A stretch of DNA of 64,000 nucleotides, from the NCBI GenBank assembly GCA_012295275.1, contig CM022674.1:14384001-14448000 (forward strand), read 5' to 3'. The translations under genes were made by a program, and so were the position numbers. The notes beneath the pieces are model-generated. The model saw only the letters and a program-made list of their open reading frames with translations, was not told the origin of the DNA and made no database searches. Source of the stretch: Chrysomallon squamiferum (lineage: Eukaryota; Animalia; Mollusca). Shown here piece by piece: positions 1 to 23,697 of this stretch (the first letter of the stretch is position 1; every line of letters begins with the position of its first letter).

Positions 1-24
1 TTTTTTTTTTTTTTTTTTTTAAAG

Positions 25-3518
<3,494 letters not shown>

Positions 3519-3778
3519 ACAGTGCATCTACATAACAGACTCTTCTCTTTTGTTTACTTCTTTATTAAAAAAAATGTTTGTTTTCTGTTGACACAGTGTG
3601 ATGTGTTCAGATTGTGAGGTAATTTCAACTCGTGATGTAGATCTGTTAGAAAATGCTGAGTTACAGAAATAACAGATACAACTTTGAACCACATGTAAAC
3701 TTAAATATTGTAAAAAAAAATAAACAATAAAATTCTCTTTACAGTACGTCATATTACAACAACAGTCCTACTGAACCA

Positions 3779-3784
3779 AATAAA
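3779..3784 (+). promoter_or_regulatory. Candidate enolase polyadenylation signal (AATAAA)
   Basis: AATAAA ~260 nt after the stop, followed by a GT-rich tract. Another AATAAA lies near 3726, so the site used is uncertain. Confidence 0.4.
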
Positions 3785-6057
3785 ACTGCTATTAGTATTT
3801 GTACAACAATGTTGTTTATTGTGAAGTGGCTACAGCTGTCTGTTCAGTCTGAAACAACTACAACAATGACAGCAACTGTTATATTTTTAATCATTACAAT
3901 GCTGTGTTAAACATACTTTTATTAGCATTCTAAGGATCTGTGTATTCATACAGCCAACAACTAAAAAATAAACATTTGAAGGTTTAGGAAATTTCTAATT
4001 ACATTTGTTGTTTACATCATCTTATCTACCTCCAGGGTTGTAAACCATCCTGATTATAAATGTCTAGAAAACTGCAAACAGCATTAGTAACATCAGTGTT
4101 AGTGTTTGTATATTAAGCATAGACATTGGCCTCAATTCTCAATATGGTAAATCGAATTTTAACAGAACATGATATATCAACTTGATCAAGATTTTCGGTA
4201 TATTAATAAACTGGAAGAATTTAATGAGATGAGGAATTAAGTCTATTATATCAAGCATTTCTGTTCTAGCAAATAGCAATTAAATTAGAAAGGCCTATTT
4301 AAAACAAATGTAAAACTTGCTGTTGTTTGTGATATTTAGTTACCCGTTTGCATGAAGTTGTCACTCTGTCAGTTATTTCTGTTACATTGATAATTATTTC
4401 ACTAGCCAAATTATCTAGCTTATATTACTACTATTATTATTATTATTATTACATAGTGCTTTGGGTTGTTTGGTAATTTGTTAAAAAAATTGTAAGCATG
4501 TTCCTAATTTAAACAACAATTACAGTTACTTTTAAGAATTTAAAAATTTAGCTTTTACTGTGTTGTCTGCTTGTAATACATATCTTGTTAATTTTCCACT
4601 TTTTTTTTTCTTTTTAAATTTTTACAAGGTTATTAATATTGTCATAAAGAAAAAGAAAATGCATTGTGTGATGTTGTTTTTGTTTTTTTCTTTGGGTTAC
4701 TTATAAAACAGTTGTCTAGGCTGTCCAGATATCCAGCTTTTGAGCACTGTCCTTCATCCTGAGCCATCTCAGTTTGTCCTTTTATACATGTGTAAAAACA
4801 AATATTAATTTCTTTCAGTTTGTTACTTATACTGTATAATCTATCGGAGAGTTTGAGATATAACAAAATTTTTATTTAAAACAAAAATAAAAAGATTGCC
4901 TCATTAAATTATAGTGATGTTTGACATCACTTACATCTAAGTATATTATATATATCTGTATATTTCAACTCATTATTAAACATATTTAATTTAGATTGCA
5001 AATGTATCACAAAATTTGTTTTAATTAAAACTGTTGTCCTTTTTAGAAATGGAGAAATGGCCACCCTAGATGGATCACAGGACTATCCATTCCTAATATG
5101 CTGTTTTTATTGTTAAGTTTCCTCTGGTGACCCATGCTTTATAAATAGTTATCATCTGTACTTGAGTGTTTTCTGTAAATAGCAAATAAAAGGTTTGTTG
5201 TTGCTAATCAGTAAAACTAAAAGCAGTCACCACTGAAGAGGTATCAGAATTTTTCTTTGTCCTTGACAAACCACAAACTTGACTATTAAGTGTCAACACA
5301 GATTGTGTGGAGGTCATATCGATTAATAATAAAGTGCAGCTTGGGTAGGGGGAGGTTTATTTTATGAAAGTAATAATTAAACCAATGGTTATTGTGACTA
5401 GTATGTATCTGTTCTTTTTCTATGATGCAAAATCAGTATTTTATATAGCTAGATTACTGAGACCTCTATGTCACAGGATAAATATCAGAAAAACTCATTT
5501 TTAAAAATTATTATTATTGTTTTTATTAAAAAATATTTTAGCAAATCCAAATGATGCTAATTTGAAAAAGAAAAGGATTATCTTATTGTATTGTTAATGG
5601 AATGCTCAGTAAGTTAATAAGACATATTATTGTATTTTAAAATTCAAAACGTTTGGGGTCTGATTCTATTTTCATTCTATTTACAAGCTGTGCTGTGTAT
5701 TACATATCTGTGTATATGTGTGTGAGATTATGGTTTCGAAAGACCCACAAAATTTTAAAAAGTGACTGATTATCTTCATTTTAAACACACACACACACAC
5801 AAACAAAAACATCAGTGTTTGACATTGATAATCGTTAATGTTTAAATGAAGTATCGTTTATTAAACGATTAATCCAATAACGACACTAAAGTTAAACATA
5901 AAATAAAACTAACTTTCCTTGATATCTGAATGGAGACGTTGACGAAATGGAGAGATATTACAAAGGAAGAAAGATTAGTAAGGGAGGTAATTCTAATTTA
6001 ACGTTTCTACAAATGTTTTTTAAATACTAGTAGCTATTAGATCGAATTAAAATAAGC

Positions 6058-11626
<5,569 letters not shown>

Positions 11627-13009
11627 GAATAACTTCTTAAAACATTGTTTTAACTTTTGTTGAAGGAAATAAAAGAAACTTGTCATGTTCTGAAGTTAAT
11701 GTTTGTTTTTTTTTTTCATCTTTTTACAAGAAAAATACAAATATTGAGCAAGTGTCTTATTGCAAATTCAATTGTCTTTTGCAAAATATACTTTTAATTA
11801 AAATATTTTTATTAGTAAATGTAATGTTGGTTTTGTTTTGATTTTGGCTCAAGGTTAAATATATTTTTTGAGTAAGAAAAAACAAAACCAGAAAATTAAA
11901 TATTTTACATTTAATAATATTAATGAGTATGTAATTGTGGGGTGGGGGGCTGATATGTTATATAAAGAAGTTACTCATAGTATCAGTCCTGTGAACAAAC
12001 AAACAAGACAGGATTTCAAATCAGAGGCTTTAATAGTAAGTAAACACTGACTGATATAGAAATGTTGACACTGTAACACTGTAACTCCAAGTAGGACACA
12101 CTGACCAGCTTCTTAAAGCATGGTAAAGATTCTACAGTAGTAAAATCAAACAAATCAAACCAAAACCAAAACCAAACCTGATGTTTAGATAAAAAGAAAA
12201 TAATTATAAACAAATATATTGAATAAAACATCAAATACACTATATTAATATATATTTCATTATAATCAAAACTGATGGGAACTAATTTAAATGTATTTAA
12301 ATACTAAAATCATCTATATTTAAATATTAAAATCATCTATCAAAGTTCATTATTCATGGCTCCTGGGATAAGTTATCCATGAGTATAACTGCTACAGTTC
12401 AATATTCCATGTCCATATTGTTACATGATATCACAATTGTATGTTCAAGTAGAAGTAATATAAAATAAAACTTGTAAATGTATGAATAGAGTTTCACTCA
12501 GTGTGATACTAATGAAATAGTCAATCAATATAAAATAGGTGATCATTAGATCATTTAAAAACTACTTGAAATTCATTCAGTCCTAATTAGTATAAGTTTC
12601 ACCCAAACCCAAATAATCTTTAACAAGCAATTAACTTTAGTTTGTAATTTTACACATATTGTTTGTGTAATAACAGGTTCTACTCTCTTTCATATTTACA
12701 CCCACCTGATACCAGATTATTGGGGTGATTTCATGTTTCTCTTTTTCTGACACTTGGACACTTGACATACTAACACTAATACATTTGTCTGTAATTATTT
12801 CTACCACTTATGTTAACTAGAACTGATTACATTGTATAAAAGTCTGTATAAAAATTCTTTATACATTTATAAGATAATAATAATAACCATGAGCCCTTTA
12901 AATACATCTATACAAGATGTTTCTGTAACTATTATTTATATTTTGATTATATTGAAAACATAAACATAATTTCACTGAGACATTTTTTCCAAAAAGTTAG
13001 AAGTCTAAA

Positions 13010-13195
13010 TAGTAAAATAAAACCACAAAAAGGTTAAATGTAAACATGAAAATAAAATCACACATTTTTTAAATGTTTAAATATCAAAATAAAATCACAA
13101 AAATGCTAAATGTGTAAACAGCAAAATAAAATCACAAACAGGTTAAATGTGTAAATATCAAAATAAAATCACAAAAAAGTTAAATGTATAAAAAT
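13010..13195. repeat. Degenerate ~38-40-bp AT-rich tandem repeat (~5 copies)
   Basis: Recurring aaaataaaatcaca...ttaaatgt units. Confidence 0.6.
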
Positions 13196-15089
13196 TTTAA
13201 CAACTGTGGATTGTAATTGCAATTAACATTTAAAGTAGTTGTGATTCTAACCAATTACTCAGATAATCATATTTTAATATCTTCATAAAGATTATATAGT
13301 AAATTTCTCTGCTGTATTAAAAAGTTCAATGCTTATTTTCTACAGTCTTACAGTTTAGATCTTCACTTGATCAGGAGTCACTGTAATGAATGATTTGTGA
13401 GTTTATTCTGCTGTTAGTGTAGATATGGAAAAAAAGCAAAATACACAGTTTAATATTCATTTTATATTGTCAAGGCTATCATTTATTTATTATATTTTCA
13501 AGATTATCTATGTACTTTTTTATGATTTTGTTTCTAACAGATATCTACTGAATAATGAATGCTCAGAAAACCTAAATTTTATCTTTTTTTTTGACAAAAG
13601 TAACACTTGTTAATTGCAATTAGTGAAAAAAAAAATTAACTCTGCCAATTTGAAATTACATCTTTTTCTTTTCATCTTAGGAACATGAAGATTATTTCAC
13701 TTCCTATTGTACAATACACTTGTCTTCAAAACTTGATCTGCACAAAAAAAAAAAAAGTATAAAATATATATATAATATGTAGAATTGTATACATTGAATC
13801 TTTTAAAAAAAATATGAGGCAGACATACATGCTGTTATGCATGCTCATAACAGAAAACACACACATACACACAAGAATAACACTAAATCTGTATTAAAAA
13901 ATGCATGCCAGATTACAATGAAAAAACATCCAATTATCCAGGCATTTTTTTGGATGGTTTAAAAATAATAAAATAAATAAACACACTGAACATGGAGAGA
14001 AAACAGAGGTTGAAAGATTTTTCTAACGTCTTAGACTTGAGTTCCTCCACTAAGCTAAAAGACATCACAAAACAGGACACAAAGAGGAAGAAAATGAATA
14101 ATGTTTAAATAAGGGAAATTTGCTTCAGTTAACAGTTGAAATTATGAAGTATTTCAGTTTAGTATTATGAATCATTACACAGATTCAGAGCTCTCTATAC
14201 AAATTTAAAATATCCTGTATCATTTTGTCATACCTATTTTTGAATGACCAAGTAGATATTTTTAACAGAAATAAATTAAGTAGATGTAGGCAATATTCTT
14301 AACACACTGAAAAGATATAGGCAGTGTTTTTTGACAGAAACAAATTAAATAGAGGTAGACAGTGTTTTTAATAGACTTAGCAGATCTAGGCAGTACTCTT
14401 AATGGATTAAGAAGATTTTTAATATGACTGAGTAATTGAGTAGATCTAGGCAGTATTCTTAAGAGAGAAAGATTATATTCTAAGGATTGTTATAAATCAG
14501 TATTTTGAAAACAGAAGTAATATTTACCTTGAAACATTTTGGTTCTGATATATTCATAACACTTGGGACATCTCCTTACCAGACGGCAGCAGTTTTTACA
14601 CACAACGCAGTGACCACATGGCAGAAAAGTGGTGTCAGACATTGTCTTCAAGCACAACATACAGGGAAACATGAAGTCTTCATCTGTTTAGTTGCTCAGA
14701 TTTCCCTTCACTGAATGAAATGATTTTTAGTTTATTTCTTATTACATTTGTCTTGTGTTATTTCATGAATGCATGTTTTTAACAGACTGAGCAGATGTGG
14801 AAATATTTTAACATAAATGAATTACATATACATACATATATATTTATACTGAATATATATAGGCAGACACAATTAAATAGATGTACATACAGTGTTTTAA
14901 TATACATGTACATACACTAGGCATACATGTTTTGATATACAAAATCATAGATTTTTAACACAAATATGTATTGAGTAAAAAGGCAGTATTTTACAAATAC
15001 AGAGGTTATATTTTACAACAAATTTGACATACAAGCATAAAAAATTCAATTTTGAAAAAAGATGTAAATTTAACTTTAAAACATTTGTC

Positions 15090-15350
15090 AAATCACCCCC
15101 CACATGGGACATTTTATCCTTGACCATTTCAGATTAAATTTTAGAAAGGTCATCTCAAAGTCATGTGATCCACACGATCATAACAAAGGTCAAAAGGTCA
15201 GACCCCAACATTCTCCAAACAGATTTGGAATCCTTATTATATTGCCTTTTCATCAACACCAATTCTATGAAGATTGGCCCAGTAGTTCCTGAGAATGAGG
15301 GAAATGGTTTTTGGTTTACCCATTTTTCTTAAAAATTTAAAATTTAGGGG
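15090..15350. mobile_element. Possible degenerate interspersed-repeat fragment (Helitron/Helentron-derived non-autonomous type)
   Basis: GC-richer intronic island with aaggtca reiterations and a catcaacaccaattctatgaagattggcccagtagttcctgagaa motif. It resembles common molluscan repeats from recall only; not searched. Confidence 0.3.
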
Positions 15351-16514
15351 GAATGTAAGTGAATGTGTGTAATAAAATTTTATATAAAATTGGGATCCAA
15401 ATAAAAACAAACAATACAAATACAAGTTTCATATAGGTTTTACACAGTCAGGTTTACAAATTTGTAATTTGACAAATGAACAGATCTGACATATAAAACC
15501 ACAAATCTTGACATACAAACTGGACAACTTGAATTTAACATTTCACATCTGAGTTATTAGAAATTACATTGAATTCTATAGAACTTTTGATGTTTTATTT
15601 TGATGAGGGATGTTGCTATGTCTATAGGTGTCTTTTGAAATTGTTTTGGATGTTATAGTCCACATTTTTTCTTGATCAAGTAGCATGCAGTCTGTATTCT
15701 TTCAATGACTTAATGTTAAAATTAGTGTTTGCCTATAAAAAAAATAAATTTAATTTTTGTATTAAAATAAATATAAATATAATGTTTGTATTAAAATAAA
15801 CAAAATATGTTTATAAAAATAAATATTAATATCAAAACAAATGTAAATATAATGTTTGTATTAAAATAAACATAAATATAATGTATCTACTAAAATCAAC
15901 ATAATGTTTGTATTAAAATAAACACAAAGATTTTTGCAATGTTTCAAAGTCTTCAGTTTTCTTGTTATTACATTGCTTATTTTTTTTTTTTTCAAGGTAT
16001 TATATATATATATATATATACATATTGAATAATTTGAATATATATATATGTTCTATATAACATTCATAAATAATCTCATCAAAATATTCAATAATTAGAA
16101 CACAGTGCTGGTATGTGGTTTATTTATTTTTATTATTTTTTAAATTGTGTATGTGCACACAATGCTGACTGAAAATAACTAACATTTTTTAAAAGGTAGA
16201 ATTTATCAGAAGAGAATATTCAAAAAAAAGAATTAGTTGTAACAATTTTTTTGTTTTTTCAAAAAATTTTGTATTTTCAAAATAATGTTTACTAATTGAT
16301 GAAATTTTTAAAAAAAGATTAAAAATTTTTTAACATTCTTCCAAAACATATATCAAAACACTAGATTTACTTGAGAAAGTATTTATTTCTTGAACTTACA
16401 ACGGCACAGTGGAGAGGAGTTTTTCCACTGTTGTCTTTCAAATCCTTTTCAGCCCCTACAACAAAATACAATCATAATGACATCAGAGATGGATAAACCT
16501 CTCAGGTGACAAGA

Positions 16515-16615
16515 GAAGTAACCTGCAGTCACTTTGTGGGTTACTTTTTCCTATTAGCTACAAAGAAACTTTTATATACATTGACAGGACAATACATATC
16601 ATGTCCTTTGTTACT
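16515..16615 (+). mobile_element. Possible degenerate SINE central-domain (Nin-type) fragment
   Basis: gggttactttttcctattagctacaaagaaacttttatatac...gacaggacaatacatatcatgtcctttgttac resembles an abundant gastropod SINE core as I recall it; needs Dfam/Repbase confirmation. Confidence 0.4.
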
Positions 16616-18214
16616 ATTCAGACTGAATCTGTGAAGTTCTGCAGTGTAGTCTTAGTACTACAATATTTTATTATAAGCAAAGTATACACACCAAATCAAA
16701 ATATGAAATAACCTTATATAAAGAGTGTTTGATGAGTGGAAAAAGAAAAAACTTATTTCTGACCTTTTTCAATGAGAAGTTTGACCATGTCGAAGTTAGC
16801 TTGCAAACAGGCCAAGTGTAATGGTGTTAAGTCATTGCCTGTTCTAACATTCAGATCAGCCTTGCCCTGAAACACAGTGACACATTTTCATATTATTTAC
16901 TGCAGCCATTAATTATTTACTTTGTTATTTTGTTATTTTTATGTTGCTGAGAGATAATGAAATCTGCACTACTCTGTTGGGTATTCATAGCAGTAACATA
17001 TTTTTTATAAACCTCCTCAGAGTTAAAAAAAAAAAAAAAAAAAAAAAATGACAACCAGACACAGGATTTGTCAGAACAAAAATAGAAAATGACTCATGAA
17101 ATTGTTATTATCCTCATCCTCATATTTTTTTTATTATTATTATTATTATCTTATTATTTTTTTTTTTTTGTTGTTGTTATTGTTATTGGTTTTGTTGTTA
17201 TTGATGTTGTTGTTGTTGTTATTATTATTATTTTTAATGTGTTTTACAATCTGATGTAAAGTAAATAACATTTAAAAAATAAATAAAAAGAAAAAAAAAA
17301 AAAAAAAAAAACAAAGAAAATAAACAATAATCAAACAAGAAATAAATAAAATAATTTAATAAATAAATTAATTAATAAAAATTATTTATTAAATTAATCA
17401 ATATAGACTTTATTTATTCAGTATTTTCTTAACTACAATCAGTTTATTTAAATTTTCTCTTACCATATCAATTAAAAGTTCAGCACATTCAATGAAGTTG
17501 TTACCAGCTGCAATACTGAGTGCACATGAACAACAATCACTATCCGTTAGAGTGTTGACAGTGCTTATGTCCCTTTGAAGAATGGTTTCCACAGCACTTT
17601 GATGAAACGAATGAAGAAACTGTTTATTTTAAGATTCAGTTATTGAAGAATGAAAATGTTACCAATCAGCTTATCTTTCCACATGTATCCTCTCTCACTC
17701 TGTCCATCTGTATCAATCTACACAGAAAGAGTCACATGTACATGTACACACATAAACACATTTATACATACATACATACATACATACACAGATACATACA
17801 TAAACATACACACACATGCAATGATAAACACACATACATACAAACATACATATATTCATATATCATACACATACACACATACACACACACACACACACAC
17901 ACGAATATCTCATTTTGTCTGTCTGTGTTTCTCTCTACTTACAAAGGGCTGTTTCGTCCTGTGGCTACGTGCAGTGGACATAATCCGTTTTTATTGAACA
18001 GCTTGAAGTTGATGCCTGAAACTCCACAGAGAATTTTAACAGCATCGTTATTGCCACTGTTGATAGCAACATGCAGTGAGGTATTTCCATCAACATCCTG
18101 GTGTAAAATAAACACTTAACAACAGACAAGAAAACAACATAAACTTTCAGTAGAGATAACTGACAATACTGCCTACATCAGTTCAGTCATCTCTCTTACA
18201 AACAGAGCCCATAT

Positions 18215-18670
18215 CTACTTGAATTATGTTAAAATACTGCCCATATCTATTTAAAATATGTTAAAATAATAACCATATCTACCTTATCTTTATATACTGC
18301 CCATATCTACCTTATGTTTAGATACTGCCCATATCTACTTACATAATATTAAAATACTACTAACATCTACATATAATATGTTAAAAATACTGCTTAAATC
18401 TATTTAAATTATTTATGTTAAAAATACTGCTCATATATACTTAAATAATTTATGCTGGGAATACTGCTAATTTTTACATAGATAAGTCATGTTAAAATAC
18501 TACTTATATCTACTGAATTATTTCTCTTAAAAATACAGCCTATATCCAATTATTTCTTTTAAAAATACTGCCTATATCTAATCATTACTGTTAAAAATAT
18601 TGTCTATATCTAGTTTAATATTTGCTGTTAAAAATTCTGCCTATATCTAGTTTGATCATTTCTGTTCAAG
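18215..18670. repeat. Degenerate AT-rich minisatellite (aaaatactgcctatatcta core, ~35-40 bp)
   Basis: Core recurs more than 10 times in the intron next to the donor at 18699. Confidence 0.7.
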
Positions 18671-18959
18671 ATTCAACTTACAAAATTTCTGTTATTTACC
18701 TGTGAGTTAACATCACATCCTTTCTTGACAAGTTCAGGTAAAACCTCTTTCATGGACTCCCCTGCTTCCACAGCACAGTGAAGGGCTGTAATCTGCTGCT
18801 TGTTGCTGGTTTTTACATTGGCACCAGCATCCAGCAGTAACTTAACTATCACTTCCTTTTTCCTGCATAAAACAAAATTAATATACACCTAGTGACAAAA
18901 TTAACATTTTATTTAGCCGAGTCTGGTTGAAGAGTAAAGTCTTCTTCTTGAAATCAGTC

Positions 18960-19135
18960 ATTCAGTTACTCACTGTGTGTGCATGTCACTGGTTTATTCA
19001 CTCACACAGATATATCAATGAGTTTGTTACTCACTGTGTGTGCATGTCACTGGTTTATTCACTCACACAGATATATCAATGAGTTTGTTACTCACTGTGT
19101 GTGCATGTCAATGGTTTATTCACTCACACAGATAT
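18960..19135. repeat. 61-bp tandem repeat x3, related to the neighbouring exon/intron junction
   Basis: Unit gttactcactgtgtgtgcatgtcactggtttattcactcacacagatatatcaatgagttt; a similar sequence spans the donor at ~19285-19320. Confidence 0.85.
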
Positions 19136-20459
19136 GAGAAATAGTTTGTTTCTCAGCTACAGTTCAATTCAGATGAATATAAAATCAACAAGAAATTATC
19201 AAAAAGTTTATTACTGTTACTAGTTATTGTGATGACAATATATTTATTCAGAATAAATATATCAAGAGAGAAGAAAGATGTTTGATGTGTGTAGATGTCA
19301 CTGGTTTATTTACCCACAGAATGGCAAACATCAATGGTGTATTTCCAAATAACATCTGGTTCATCCAGACTGGCACCATTTTGAATATAAAGTAATTTAA
19401 GAAACTCAACAACATGACCTTCATGTGCAGCCACAGTAAGAATAGGGTTAGTCCCTTGAAAAGATGTTTGCCTAAACATTAATTAATACATACTTTCAAA
19501 AATCTTTATGTATGCAAATGTCAGTGGTTATTTCCATTATCATCTGATTCTTTGGTGTGTGTGTGTGTGTGATCTGTAATTTAACTGTATATGACCTTTG
19601 ATTAAGTAGGTGTATGATATGTGGCTGGTTATGTGGATCTTTTTGCATGAAACATGTATCTGTTTTCATATTTAATTGGTTTTATGTATGAGTGTCAGTT
19701 TTGTAGTTTATGTGAATGTTTATGTGTGTGTGTGTTAAGTGTATATCTGTGTGTATGTGTGTGTATTTGTGTGTGTCTCAGTATATTTGTGTGTGTACAA
19801 CAATGACAAATAAACATTAATACTGTTCTAGTTGTACCACATCAGGATCTTCACTCAGTGCTTGTTGAACAATGTCTTGTTTTCCAGCAGCAGCTGCATG
19901 GATTAATTTTTTCAACAGCAGCTGCGTGTATTAGAACTCTCTGGTGAAGTGAAATGGTTTGTTTCTTTCAAAACTGACATGCAAGCAAACTTTAAGATAA
20001 GTTTCGCACTCAAATATTCATCTGAAAGAAAACAATTTGCAAAATTAAAACAAAGAAATACATACAAAGATAAAAATGCACATACATTATATATATCAGT
20101 AAATATGTATAGAAAGTTATATATCAGTATGTATATATGTATCTACACACATAGTATGTATAAATGTATGTACCTATGTACACCCTTTCATACCTAAGTA
20201 GCTATATACTGAGAAGTATGTATGTCATATATAAAAGTATGTATGTATGTATGTATGTTGTACACATGTCTATATAGATACACAAAAAGACACAGATGTA
20301 TCCACACTCATAAATGCACAAACACCTCCCAAAAAATACAAAACAAACAGAAAACAAAACAAGACAAAGAAGTGACTGACATATAAAACAGTGTTTTCTG
20401 TTTAAGTAAAAGCTGTGCTGACATAAAAGAAAAAACACTACAGAATGAAAATATTTTTA

Positions 20460-20914
20460 GAACAATATCAAATATACAAACATCAAATTATCATCTTCAA
20501 AACAACACAAAATATACAACATCAAATTATCAATTTCAAAAAATACTAATCTTAATATCAAATTACCATCGACAAAACAATATAAAATATACAACATTAA
20601 ATTATCATCTTCAAACCAATACAAAATATACAGCATCAAATTATCATCTTGAAAACAACACAAAATATACAACATCAAATTATCATCTTCAAAACAACAC
20701 AAAATATACAACATCAAATTATCATCTTCAAAACAACACAAAATATACAACATCAAATTATCATCTTCAAAACAACACAAAATATACAACATCAAATTAT
20801 CATCTTCAAAAAATACTAAAATATGTAATATCAAATTACCATCTACAAAACAATATAAAATACACGTCAGTTTCTCATCTACAAAACAATATAAAATATA
20901 CAACATAAAATTAC
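20460..20914. repeat. 42-bp tandem repeat (~11 copies) starting at the donor of paralogue A exon 8
   Basis: Unit aaaatatacaacatcaaattatcatcttcaaaacaacac(a); it produces the spurious FEDDNLMLYILCC ORF. Confidence 0.9.
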
Positions 20915-21399
20915 CACCAGTAACTTCCTCCTCCTCCTCCTCCTCCTCCTTCTCTTGCTTATTGTCATCATCTGAAACATCATCCAAATCATCAGCCTCT
21001 GGTGCAAGTTCACAGCAAGCAGCATTCAGGTTAAAATATTTGTTTCCAAACTTAACCGCTAAACCTGAATCTTTGTACAGAGTCTGAACTGTGCCATATT
21101 TGCCTAGAATCTAAAAGAATTATACAAAAATAAATTGTGTATTAACCATAAATGTTTTTATGTCAGTAACTTTACTTGCTTTTCGGAAACAAAAATAAAT
21201 GCCATCAGATGACTGATCATAAAAATGGACCTTAAATAAAGACTGAAGAAAACATAGTTGGTATTTGAAACTCTTTCCAGCACAAAGCTTTTTGTATACT
21301 GTAAGTATCATAAATTAAATATTTATTAACATTAGCAATGTTAGAGTTAAATCACTATGAATATCTTAACTTACATAAAACCTAACCCATAATTCAATA

Positions 21400-22965
21400 T
21401 GTGTAATATTTGTACAGTGCATGTAATTGTGACATCAGTGTAATATTTTAAACTGTAATATTTACTCAATATATTTAAAATTGATATTTATACAATATAT
21501 TTAACAGTGATGTTATTAGCTATCAGTTTGGTAATATATCAAAAACAATAATTAGAAAATAGTGTAATTAATATCAGTACAATATATGTAACTGTGATAT
21601 TTTAAAAATATATTTAACTGTGATATTTGTACAATATACTTAACTGTGAATTTAGTAGAATATATAGTTAATTGTCATATTTCTATAATATATTTAACTG
21701 TTAATTATATAATATAATTTACTGTGATATTAGTATAATGTATTTAACTGATATTTGTACAATATATTTATCTGTGATATTTGCATAATATATTTGAGTG
21801 TGATATTTCTACAGTATATGAAGCTGTGATATTAGTACAGTATATTTAACTGTGATATTTGTACAATATATTTAACTGATATTTTTACAATATATTTAAG
21901 GGTCATATTTGTACACTGTGATATTAATACAATATATTCAATTGAGATATTTGTATAATATATTTAAATGTGACATTTTTATAACATATTTATCGGTGAT
22001 TTTTGTATAGTGTATTTAACAGTGATATCTGTACAATATCTTTAACTGTGATATTGGTACAATATATTTAAATAATATTTGTAGAATATATTAAACTCTG
22101 ATATTACTACAATATATTTGACTGATATTTGTACAGTATATTTAACTGTCATATATGTACAATACATCTGACTGTGATATTTCTACAATATATTTAATTG
22201 TGATTTTTCTACAGTATATTTAATATGATATCTGTACAATATATTTAACTATCTTATTTCTACAAAATATTTAACTTATATTTGTATAATACGTTTAGCT
22301 ATTTTATCTGAATAATATATTTAACTGCTTTATTTGTACAATATATTTAAGTATGATATTTGTGTAATATATTTAACTGTGATATTTATATAAAATACTT
22401 AAATGTGATATTAGTACAATATGTTCATCTATGATATTTGTATATTTTACTGTTTTATTTGTACAATATACAATATTTAACTGATATTTGTGCAATATAT
22501 TTAACTGTGATATTTATACAATATATCTGGTTTGTACAATATATTTAACTGATATTTGTATAATATATTTAACTGTTATATTTGTATAATATTAGTACAA
22601 TATTTTTAACAGTGATATTATTAGAATATATTTAACTGGTATTTGTGCAATATATCTAACTGTCTGATTTGTACAATATATTTAACAGTTATATTTGTAT
22701 AACATATTTAAATGTGATATTGGTACAATATATTTAATTGATATTTGTGCAATATATTTAACTGTGATATTTGTATAATATATTTAAATGTGATATTTGT
22801 GCAATATATTGATCTGTGATATTTGTGCAATGTATTTAACTGTGATATTTGTGCAATATATTTAACTTTGATACTTGTACAATATATTTATGTGTGATAT
22901 GTCTATAATATATTTAACTGTAATATTAGTACAGTATATTTAACTGTGATATTTGTACAGTATAT
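21400..22965. repeat. ~26-28-bp AT-rich minisatellite, ~1.5 kb
   Basis: Consensus gatatttgtacaatatatttaactgt, dozens of degenerate copies filling an intron. Confidence 0.9.
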
Positions 22966-23645
22966 CTCATCTTACCTTTGACATCTCTGAGCACCATCCA
23001 CCATGTGATTTCTGTAGTTTCTTCACCAGCTTCTCATCTGTCAGCACTTTGACAACATCACCTTCGCTGATGTCTGGCACCTAGACACAAATTTAACATT
23101 CATCCTAAACACTGTTTTCAGATACACACATGTGTTTTTGTTTTATTTTGTGTGTGTGTGTCTATGGGGAGTGTATGTGGGTGTGGGGATACACTGCTGA
23201 ATGAATGTATGGATGGATGGATGGACAGGTACACATAACTGTTTGGATGTATAGATTAATGAGAGATAGAAACAGTGAAAGTAAGATCAAGAGAATAATG
23301 TATATTTATTTATTTTTTAGATGTTCTAATATGAGTAAATGAAATGATTTACCTTCTGCAGTAGTCCAGGGTATAAAGTAAACCTGACACCATCAAACTC
23401 CACAACAGCATCTTCACTTGGTGTAAAACCTTTTATGACACCCACTTTACCATGACACTAGAATGTACCAGACAACAACATATCAGTCATTATGTGTCCA
23501 TCAATAAATGTGTGTTTGTTTTGTGTGTGTGTAAAGAATATAATGAAGAAATTAAGAAAGATTAAGGTGATTGGCAGTAAAAACACACACATATATATAT
23601 CTGCCTAAAGACACATATACACACTGACTTACACGCATGCGCACT

Positions 23646-23697
<52 letters not shown>

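Noticed and set aside
20457-20914. FEDDNLMLYILCC repeat protein
   Set aside because: Read-through of exon 8 into an intronic 42-bp repeat; a phase-1 donor at 20914 matches paralogue B.
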